Source of the DNA: a virus
Lineage: Duplodnaviria > Caudoviricetes
DNA length: 64,000 bases
IMG/VR virus record: IMGVR_UViG_3300032227_000318
Coordinates: 32,001 to 96,000 of that record
Direction: 5' to 3' (one strand)
Both the position numbers and the translations under genes were made by a program. The notes below the pieces were generated by a model. The model was not told the DNA's origin and did not search any database. It was given only the letters and a program-made list of their open reading frames with translations. Below are positions 56,224 to 64,000 of this stretch, piece after piece (position 1 is the stretch's first letter; each line of letters opens with the position of its first letter).

Positions 56224-56682
56224 TTAGCAACGAACGATATCATCTTCGCTGCATATCTCACCCATCTGAACCTCAATAGCAATGAGTGTTTCAGTTAAGT
56301 GAGTATTCGCAATCTTATGAAGAGAAAGCTTTGGCACATGAAACGATTCGCCCTTCTTCACAGTGAAGATGCTACCGTCAACAATGACTTTACCTTCACC
56401 CTGCACAATTGTCCAGTGTTCTGAGCGATGCTTATGATACTGAAGTGAAATTGCTTGATCAGGTAAAATCTCAAGACGCTTGACCTTGTAACCTTGATCT
56501 ACATCAAGGACATGCCATTCACCCCACGGGCGTTTTGCTGATTCAACATATGCTCTTCTACGTTCCGCTACAATCATTTCCATTATTTCATCAAAGTCTC
56601 TGTCTTTATACTCTCTACATCCTGGATCACACTCTTTGTATAATCCACACGGACATCCACCACCATGATCATATGCTGCCAT
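56224..56682 (-). CDS. Cupin, mannose-6-phosphate isomerase type II-like
   Basis: RPWG, SLQYHKHRSEHW, IEVQMG...EDDIVR. Confidence 0.85.
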   Translation of the reverse strand: MAAYDHGGGCPCGLYKECDPGCREYKDRDFDEIMEMIVAERRRAYVESAKRPWGEWHVLDVDQGYKVKRLEILPDQAISLQYHKHRSEHWTIVQGEGKVIVDGSIFTVKKGESFHVPKLSLHKIANTHLTETLIAIEVQMGEICSEDDIVRC

Positions 56683-56703
56683 TATAAAAAAACTCCTCTA
56701 AGT

Positions 56704-57207
56704 TCATCTCTTAGTCCTTGTCATGATTACAAACTTGCCTCTTTCACGTTCACTCTTGATAATTGGACCAATAGCTCTCATGAATTCAGGCAGATAATCC
56801 ATTTGATTGATAATCAAAATATCATAGTCGATATTCTTTATGTCATCTTGGTCACCCATTATCAATTGATAGTATATATTGTTTAAGTCCATAACATAGA
56901 TTGATCCATTCAAAGAATAGATGTTGTTATCTAAACCGATAACTTCGAAGCCTTCTTTTGTTAGTAGAATGTTATTAATACCAGCACAAGTACCAATATC
57001 TAAGATTTTTTTACCTTCATATTCTTCTTTTCTCTGAATTATATATTCAGAGACGGCTGTGTTATGATCTAAAGGATCAACTTGACCTTTATAGATATAC
57101 TGAGGTACACGAACATCTTTAATTGTCAAGACTTCGCGTTTTTCCCAAGTGGCTCTATCGGCCGCATTAAAGAATTGGTAATTATGAAACTTGATATTTT
57201 CAATCAT
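56704..57207 (-). CDS. SAM-dependent methyltransferase-like protein
   Basis: KKILDIGTCAG, VIGLD. Confidence 0.7.
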   Translation of the reverse strand: MIENIKFHNYQFFNAADRATWEKREVLTIKDVRVPQYIYKGQVDPLDHNTAVSEYIIQRKEEYEGKKILDIGTCAGINNILLTKEGFEVIGLDNNIYSLNGSIYVMDLNNIYYQLIMGDQDDIKNIDYDILIINQMDYLPEFMRAIGPIIKSERERGKFVIMTRTKR

Positions 57208-59762
57208 GAAAAGAAATCTTCCAATGAGCTAACATGTTCAGTCTTCCAGCCGATGCTATCAAGAATGATCTTCAAAGGTTCCACAAAAGACTTGTCGAAC
57301 TGCATATTATAGTCGATATACTTCTCTAATGCAAACTCTTTCGGCAAGGACTGCGGGAAAGCAATCACATTAGACTGCACATGATTTGGTTCTTTAAGGA
57401 AGATAAACTTGATCTTCTCACCTTCATTGATCGTGGGCAATACCTTGTCCAGCTTTTTTGTTCTGACAAAGTTATTGTAGATCAAAGAACCGCGAACATG
57501 TATCGGACATCCTTTGCCATAAATTGTGGTTTTATCGGAGAACTTCTTTAGTCCATTAACACCACGCGGGAATGCAATGTCAGCAATCGGCTGTTTCATA
57601 AATTCGCTGCGATGGTAATCAATGAACTCAAGCATCTCGGCCTGTGTTTTATTCAGGACAATATCAATTGATTCCCACAAAATCTTACGGCAATACGATG
57701 GCGTAGATGACTTGACCATTTCAAGGCCCATCACCTTTACCTTCGGCTTTGCATACTCGACACCTTCGTTATTATATACATTCAAAATGTAACGCTTCTT
57801 GGCTGTCCAGATACCCTTGTCAGCAAGAGCTTCACGCTTCATTTGCATTTTCTGTCCGTAGGCGTTAACATATTCAGCAAGTTCGCCGTAAGATTGGTCA
57901 ATAAACGGTTGAATTTTATTTTCACAGACCTTATCCATGAAGGCGATAATTTGTTTTGTTGTAGCATTAGGATTCTGCTCAACAATAGTCTTGCTGACCA
58001 ATCTATCAAGAGAGAGGTAAATAGAATCTGTGTCCGACGCAATAACATAATCTTCTTTCTCCGTTTTGAGTAGCTTGTTCATATACTCATTTAGTTTGTT
58101 CTCAATCCAGCGAATAGCCAACTGGCCGGCCGTAGTAATAGCCGAAGCCTGACGGACATCAAAGAAACGGAAGAACTCATTACCCAATGCACCGTAAGCG
58201 GAGTTCAGAGAGACTTTCTTTGCAAGCTGTAGATTGTTATACCTTGCAATTCGCTTCTCAATATCAAAACGCTTTTCGGAGTCGGCTTCTTTTTCAAGTT
58301 CTTTCTTAGCTTCGATAGCCTTCTTTTTGTATACGCTGCGGTCATTGTACATTGTCTCCATTAGTTCAGGCAGAAACCCATATTGTTCTTTGCTGAAGAA
58401 CTGGCCGTTGGGCGCAAGTGTTACATTAGCGACCTTTAAAATGTTAGTGTTAACTTCTTGGTTCAAGAGAGAATCAATACTCACATTGTTCTGCCCTTTG
58501 AACTCACTCAAAGTTACATCATAGTTGTCTGGTTCAATGATAGTATCAGGCGAGATATTCCACTGCATGATCAAATGTGGATACAGGCTGTTCAAGTCGA
58601 AACTTGCGACCCAATTGTGCTTGCCAAGAAGAGGATCTTTAACGAATGCACCAATATATGCTTCAGACTTGCTGTGCTTATCATTCTGAGGAATAATAAT
58701 GTTCTTCTCTCTTAGATGATTATAGATGATAACATCCCACATGCGTACCTGCGTGAACACATCATCATAGTTACACTTGTTATCATATGCAAGAGTTAGA
58801 ACAAGTTCAATCAATTTTAGCTTATCATCTAGCTTTTCTACTAGCTCAACGTCACGAATGTTGTACTCAATGAATAGCTGATAGTTCTCTTTGTGAAGAG
58901 TATGAAGAGAACCATATTCTTCATAAGAAAGCTTACGCTCACCAAGTTCAACATTACAGATAGCATCAAGCTTGTAAGATTCCTGAGATTGTCCGCCAGG
59001 TGCAAACTTGCGATACATCTCAATATAGTCAAGAATGGCAATACCAGCAGGCACATAAGCCTTCTGGTCACGGCCCATGAGTGTGACTGTACGTTCTGAT
59101 AGAGAATTCCAAGGAGAGATACGATTAGCCATGGCTTCGCCAAATAGATTGCGAATGCGGTTCACCAGATAGGGAATATCGAAGAACTTCACATTCCAGC
59201 CAGTGACGATATCAGGATAGTTGCCTGACCATTCATCAATATACCTCTTGATCAGATCAACTTCATCTCTACACTGAATGTATGAAACATCATCACGCTT
59301 GTTATTAAATGCACCGCAACCCAAAACAATAAACTTGCCTTGATTACTTTTTAGGGTAATGGCTGTGATGGGTTCAGATGCGGTTGCAGGCTCAGGAAAA
59401 CCATTCTCTGAGCCGACTTCGATATCAATATTGACAATGTTAATGTTAGCAATATCCCAATCAATATGGCCAGAATAAGTATCAGCAATGAACTGATATT
59501 CATATCTCTGCATTCCATAGATTTTGAAGTCTTGAACATCTTTGTATTGCTCAATAAAGTCACGCGCTTCACGCATGGTATCCGGCTTTACTTCAGACAG
59601 ATACTCATTATGAATTGTTCTGAATTCCGTTGGCTTCTGAGAAGGAACAAAAAGAGAAGGAAGATACGGGACCTTCCTTCTCTCTCTTCTTCCATTCTCT
59701 ACACTGCGAAGCAGGATCTTTGATCCGTGAACTTGTATATTTGTGTAGAATGATTTTGACAT
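57204..59762 (-). CDS. 43: Family B DNA polymerase, T4 gp43-like
   Basis: DIEV, TGWNV..FD, YNIRDV, SFDLNSLYP, KVSLNSAYG, SDTDS, KKRY. Confidence 0.98.
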   Translation of the reverse strand: MSKSFYTNIQVHGSKILLRSVENGRRERRKVPYLPSLFVPSQKPTEFRTIHNEYLSEVKPDTMREARDFIEQYKDVQDFKIYGMQRYEYQFIADTYSGHIDWDIANINIVNIDIEVGSENGFPEPATASEPITAITLKSNQGKFIVLGCGAFNNKRDDVSYIQCRDEVDLIKRYIDEWSGNYPDIVTGWNVKFFDIPYLVNRIRNLFGEAMANRISPWNSLSERTVTLMGRDQKAYVPAGIAILDYIEMYRKFAPGGQSQESYKLDAICNVELGERKLSYEEYGSLHTLHKENYQLFIEYNIRDVELVEKLDDKLKLIELVLTLAYDNKCNYDDVFTQVRMWDVIIYNHLREKNIIIPQNDKHSKSEAYIGAFVKDPLLGKHNWVASFDLNSLYPHLIMQWNISPDTIIEPDNYDVTLSEFKGQNNVSIDSLLNQEVNTNILKVANVTLAPNGQFFSKEQYGFLPELMETMYNDRSVYKKKAIEAKKELEKEADSEKRFDIEKRIARYNNLQLAKKVSLNSAYGALGNEFFRFFDVRQASAITTAGQLAIRWIENKLNEYMNKLLKTEKEDYVIASDTDSIYLSLDRLVSKTIVEQNPNATTKQIIAFMDKVCENKIQPFIDQSYGELAEYVNAYGQKMQMKREALADKGIWTAKKRYILNVYNNEGVEYAKPKVKVMGLEMVKSSTPSYCRKILWESIDIVLNKTQAEMLEFIDYHRSEFMKQPIADIAFPRGVNGLKKFSDKTTIYGKGCPIHVRGSLIYNNFVRTKKLDKVLPTINEGEKIKFIFLKEPNHVQSNVIAFPQSLPKEFALEKYIDYNMQFDKSFVEPLKIILDSIGWKTEHVSSLEDFFS

Positions 59763-60070
59763 TATGCTCCTGGTATAATAAGACTTGAACTCGGCACTAC
59801 AATGCCACCAAACATGGAGTTATATTGATTAGTAAACTCCTTGATTGGCTCCATTATACACAATACGTGCCTCTTGTCAATCTCAAAAACCTTCTGCTCA
59901 CTAAACTCTGCCCATGGAGCAAAGCCAACATTTGGCGTCTTTGGGTCAAGCTTGTTCGGCATGACAACCACACGAACAGGATTTTGAATCTTGAGAATAT
60001 CAAATGAACTAGGCATTACTTGCCCAAGCAAATCTTCACCAGTTAGAAGCCTTACAATTTGTACTGACAT
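59762..60070 (-). CDS. Sm-like fold conserved protein
   Basis: IVRLLTGEDLLG, GFAPW, YNSMFGGIVVP. Confidence 0.7.
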   Translation of the reverse strand: MSVQIVRLLTGEDLLGQVMPSSFDILKIQNPVRVVVMPNKLDPKTPNVGFAPWAEFSEQKVFEIDKRHVLCIMEPIKEFTNQYNSMFGGIVVPSSSLIIPGA

Positions 60071-60716
60071 TATTCCAGTTCTCCTACATAATCAAATACG
60101 CCGACTGTTGTCCACTTAGTGGGCACATAAGTCATGCGTTGGCCTGTTTCAGACTTATAGACATACTTGTTATCGTAGTCCATAACCTTAGCAAGCTTTT
60201 CCCACTTGCCGTCATAGGCGCGCTGCGTGAACTGTGTTTCAAGAATATTCATTATATACTTCTCCAATTTAATTAAATTTTACGCCGTTCATCTTTTCTT
60301 CAGTAGTAACATATACCATTTTTTCGTCATCATTAGTATAGTATACAGGGTTCATGCCTGCTTGTCTATAGTCATCACCCCATTTTAGTGCTACATGGAA
60401 GTTGCTGTCTGGTCCCATAATTTCGGCAGCTTGTCTTATAATTTCTTCGGAAATAGTCTTGTATGCCATAGTTCTATTCCTTTTTAGATAGTTACCATAC
60501 TCCGTCTTCAATGAGATTCGCTTTACCTTCATTGATAAGGTTATTTATGCAGTTATCGCAGATGTCGCCTGTATCATAAAGTGGTCCGTGCTTAAGAGCG
60601 TACCGTTGCATATCATATTTTGAGCCGTATTGACCTAAAATGTAGTGTACACCGCCATACAAATATAGAGTTGCATAACACTCACGATCATTTTCACAGG
60701 TGTTACACTTCATTTA

Positions 60717-61457
60717 TCAATCCCATAAGTTCTGATAGTATTTACCGAAAAGAATAAATCCGTTCTGCTTGCGCTTGTGATAAGCATTAAACTTTTCTTT
60801 GTTGAACTTACCACGTTCACGCTCACGCTTTTCGGACCAATATGATTCTTCTTTTTCAATCACATTGCCATCATCTTTCAAAACGCTGTATTTTCTAGGT
60901 TCAATAACTTCATCAGGAGCATAAGGATCATAGAAGCTCTTAACACATCCATCATCATCATCAAGTTTCTGTTCAAAGCTCCAAATCATCTGGTCAATAA
61001 CCCAAAGCCACTGAGATTGAAACTTTTCATTCACTGCTTCAAGTTCTTCTTCAGTGGCATTCAGAGTTTTGTCGTAATGGCCGTGATCAAAAACTACACT
61101 CTCTCTTTCAGAGAAACGAAGATGTTCGGGCAAGTCTTCTTTGTCTACAAAGGGGCTGCCGTGCTTGGCATCTCTAAGCTGCTTCAACATAGGGAGAGTG
61201 ATATATGCCAGCGTGTGATCCATTGACCAAGTGTCATAGCTGTCAATACGAACATTGATCTTACGCTTTCGCTTACTGATAAGCTTGTTGACTGTTACAT
61301 CTAAAACAGTTTGACACCAGCTTTCAAGTTTTTCAAGAAGCTTCTCAAAACGAGTGGTGCTTTCTTCCCAATCATATCCGTACTTCTTGTTCATATACTT
61401 GTAATGAAAATCAGCAACGTAACGATTGCCTACATGTGGTCCGATATCTACTTTCAC
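60717..61457 (-). CDS. Conserved hypothetical protein
   Basis: IDSYDTWSMDHTLA...PMLKQL, LFGKYYQNLWD. Confidence 0.7.
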   Translation of the reverse strand: MKVDIGPHVGNRYVADFHYKYMNKKYGYDWEESTTRFEKLLEKLESWCQTVLDVTVNKLISKRKRKINVRIDSYDTWSMDHTLAYITLPMLKQLRDAKHGSPFVDKEDLPEHLRFSERESVVFDHGHYDKTLNATEEELEAVNEKFQSQWLWVIDQMIWSFEQKLDDDDGCVKSFYDPYAPDEVIEPRKYSVLKDDGNVIEKEESYWSEKRERERGKFNKEKFNAYHKRKQNGFILFGKYYQNLWD

Positions 61458-62458
61458 TTGTCTTTCTCCAAATTATTAACGAAGATATTCCAAACAACTT
61501 CCCACGACCAGCTGTCTCTTGCTATAATACTACACTTCTTTCGTGATAAAGTCAAACACTTTTCAATGGCTAATTCTATTTTTTCATCTAGTATTCCCGT
61601 GTACTTGTTATCCACAACATCAATTGGACCTTGGACGGGATATGCGGCAACAGGAGTTCCACAATACATTGCTTCAATCATTACTACGCCAAAGGTATCT
61701 GCCTTGCTAGTAAAAACAAAACAGTCAGCTTGTCTGTAATACTCTGCAAGTTCTGCACCAAACTTATAGCCGACAAAGATCACATCAGGATATTTCCTTT
61801 CTAGTTCTTCTTTGTATGGCCCATCACCAACAACAATCTTTTTATACTTGTCCGGTAGCTGGCAAAAAGCATCTAGATTTTTTTCTTTTGACAAGCGACC
61901 GACAGAGAGCAAAGTCTTTGTGCCTCTCAGGTTTGGTTTTATTCTTGCAGTGAAGATTTTAGGATCAACGCCTCTTGGCCATATGATCTGTCTACGGCCA
62001 ATCTCATTATCAATCATAAACTGCTTAACAGTTTCAGTTGGGCAGAACACTTTGCGCTTTCTATGAAACCATTTAAGATATGATCTAGTAATCCATTCAG
62101 GAACACCAGCCACATCTTTCATAAATTTTGACCAATCTGTATGATATGAGGTTGTGTATCTTCTGTTCTTAGCGGTTAGAATGAAAGCGGCAGCAAGACC
62201 TAGCGGTCCTTCAGTTGCGATATGATAGACGGTATCAGTTTTATATTTGAGATACTTTGAGATTCCAAAAGGGACTGCGAATGGTATCTCAGGATAAAGC
62301 TTAGAGTAAAATTTTCTCTTAAACAACCCAGGATGAACAATAACGATATCGTATCCATCTCTCTTAGCAAACTCTACCATTTTTTTGAGTGTGGTAACAA
62401 CACCACTGACTTGAGGTTCCCATGCGTCTGTTACAATGACTATTCTTTTGAAGTCCAA
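61454..62458 (-). CDS. GT4 glycosyltransferase (Agt-like)
   Basis: TDAWEPQVSGVVTTL, HIATEGPLG, VGRLSKEKNL, DTFGVVMIEA. Confidence 0.9.
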   Translation of the reverse strand: MDFKRIVIVTDAWEPQVSGVVTTLKKMVEFAKRDGYDIVIVHPGLFKRKFYSKLYPEIPFAVPFGISKYLKYKTDTVYHIATEGPLGLAAAFILTAKNRRYTTSYHTDWSKFMKDVAGVPEWITRSYLKWFHRKRKVFCPTETVKQFMIDNEIGRRQIIWPRGVDPKIFTARIKPNLRGTKTLLSVGRLSKEKNLDAFCQLPDKYKKIVVGDGPYKEELERKYPDVIFVGYKFGAELAEYYRQADCFVFTSKADTFGVVMIEAMYCGTPVAAYPVQGPIDVVDNKYTGILDEKIELAIEKCLTLSRKKCSIIARDSWSWEVVWNIFVNNLEKDK

Positions 62459-63195
62459 TGGATAATCTCCCAGGTACCGTCTGTGTGTTCTACAAGAGCG
62501 GTGCAACTTTCAACCCAGTCGCCACTGTTCATATATTCAACACCGTTAATTTCTTTGATTACAGCAGTATGTATATGACCACAAATCACACCATCATAAC
62601 CTTGAGACTTACAATAGTCTGATAGAGTATCTTCAAAATCAAATATGAAATTTACAGCACCTTTTACATTTGCTTTAAGATATGCTGACAAACTCCAATA
62701 ACCAAAACCAAAGAACTGACGAACTCTGTTATAGAACTTGTTCAGTTTGAGTAATATGGCATATGCGTTGTCGCCAAGGTAGCTTAACCATTTTGCGACC
62801 TTATGTACACCATCAAATAGATCACCATGTACTACCAAATATCTTTTGCCGTTTAGTGCCTGATAATCATGTGTGTCTTTGATTTCAATAGACTCAATGT
62901 CAATTGAAACGTCTAACCATTCACGAAGAAACTCATCATGGTTGCCTGTAAGATAGACAACTTTAGAACCATGACGCTGTTTGTTGATTATCTGGCGAAT
63001 GACAAGTGAATGTGATTGTGGCCAGAAGACACGCTTTCTTAGCTTCCATCCATCAATAATATCACCAACAAGAAATAGATTATCACAAGAATGATTTTTA
63101 AGGAAAGAGTTAACTCCATCTGCCTGTGATCCTTCGCTTCCTAAATGGATGTCCGATATAAAGATAGAGTTATAGTGCTTGATCTTCTTTTTCAT
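62440..63195 (-). CDS. PlcP/LpxH-like metallophosphoesterase
   Basis: ISDIHLG, GDIIDGW, GNHDE, HGDLFD, GHIH, NSGDWVESCTA. Confidence 0.88.
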   Translation of the reverse strand: MKKKIKHYNSIFISDIHLGSEGSQADGVNSFLKNHSCDNLFLVGDIIDGWKLRKRVFWPQSHSLVIRQIINKQRHGSKVVYLTGNHDEFLREWLDVSIDIESIEIKDTHDYQALNGKRYLVVHGDLFDGVHKVAKWLSYLGDNAYAILLKLNKFYNRVRQFFGFGYWSLSAYLKANVKGAVNFIFDFEDTLSDYCKSQGYDGVICGHIHTAVIKEINGVEYMNSGDWVESCTALVEHTDGTWEIIHWTSKE

Positions 63196-63868
63196 CTATG
63201 CTTCTTAAGGCTTCATATGTTTGTTGCCAGTTTTTTACCCAATGCGCGTGATCTGCAATTAGATAGATTGAATGATCGTTGCCGCCCACTTCACACTTAT
63301 CACCAAAAAATGCGAAGGGATATACATGCTTTGCAATCTGAGACTTGTCTTTACCTTTTAGAAAGATATCAATACCAGTCTCACCACCAACTACACAATC
63401 AAGTCGTGAGAACATACTGTTCAATCTCTGGCAAATCTTTTTACGTTCGTCCGTAGCATTATCCCATTCTATGTATTGCTGCCTTTGCACTTTGTTTGCA
63501 TTACGGCCTACTATAGAAAAGTTGACAGTGCCAATACGCTCTTCAATGTGATTGCCAGTACGAACAGAGAAGCCTGAAATCATTGCTTCATTTTCAAGTG
63601 CTTCTCTTTCTTGTTCAGTAAGCTTGAAATCATTCTGATATATTTTAATACCTTTCTTTGTCAAGACATTACCAGAGCAATTGAAAATTCCTTCTACTGC
63701 ATAGCAGATATCAAAACCTAATTGATTTTCGGTTTTCTTATAGTCTGAGCCAGTAACAATATAGACGGGGTGTGTCTTACAAAAGTTTAGAAAGAATGAT
63801 CCAAACTCAGGATCAATCAACTCTCTAGACGGAGTAAGAGTGCCGTCTACATCAAAAACATAGTTCAT
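63170..63868 (-). CDS. HAD-IIB phosphomannomutase-like protein
   Basis: FDVDGTL, VTGSD, NFSIVGR, GGETGIDI, FGD..GGND. Confidence 0.85.
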   Translation of the reverse strand: MNYVFDVDGTLTPSRELIDPEFGSFFLNFCKTHPVYIVTGSDYKKTENQLGFDICYAVEGIFNCSGNVLTKKGIKIYQNDFKLTEQEREALENEAMISGFSVRTGNHIEERIGTVNFSIVGRNANKVQRQQYIEWDNATDERKKICQRLNSMFSRLDCVVGGETGIDIFLKGKDKSQIAKHVYPFAFFGDKCEVGGNDHSIYLIADHAHWVKNWQQTYEALRSIDEKEDQAL

Positions 63869-64000
63869 CAGATATTTTGTCCAGGCTTCTGAGTTGCGGC
63901 CTTAATGTCATCTGCTGTAATTGACTTGCAAATGAAAAAAGTCGTACCAGCATTTGTGCCAATTTCAATCTGCTTCTTATCAACTAACTCTTGACCAGCA

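Noticed and set aside
21208-59762. Inteins or introns in nrdJ, primase, helicase, uvsX, polymerase
   Set aside because: Lengths are normal and motifs contiguous

Overview
A 64-kb segment of a large lytic T4-like myovirus; nearly all genes are on the minus strand. T4-core genes: gp59, gp33, RNase H, primase gp61, helicase gp41, UvsX, polymerase gp43, plus NrdJ, ThyX, PhoH and T4-type TATAAATA/CTAAATA late promoters. An alphaproteobacterial host is inferred from a permuted two-piece tmRNA (tag ANDNFIASKAYALAA), a tRNA-His lacking G-1 with G1.U72/A73, a plcP-agt-like gene pair and TTGAAA-N17-TATATC early promoters. The region 43-51 kb holds 30 CCA-ending tRNA or tRNA-like genes. The main finding is a candidate ribosome-controlled attenuator in front of the main tRNA array. 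It has a 26-codon leader ORF (49951-50031) whose first 22 codons are all different and cover 17 amino acids, an antiterminator inside the ORF, and an intrinsic terminator. It would switch on phage tRNAs when translation stalls, for example after host tRNA cleavage. Other tRNA-centred features: endonuclease cassettes that replace a tRNA gene and leave a 5'-half remnant, a 17-bp long-range stem enclosing the array, an anticodon-less tRNA mimic, rearranged tRNAs, a stand-alone TyrRS S4-like domain next to tRNA-Tyr, and putative virion-packaged proteins with RNA-repair-like domains. All calls are by eye; no database searches or folding programs were run.
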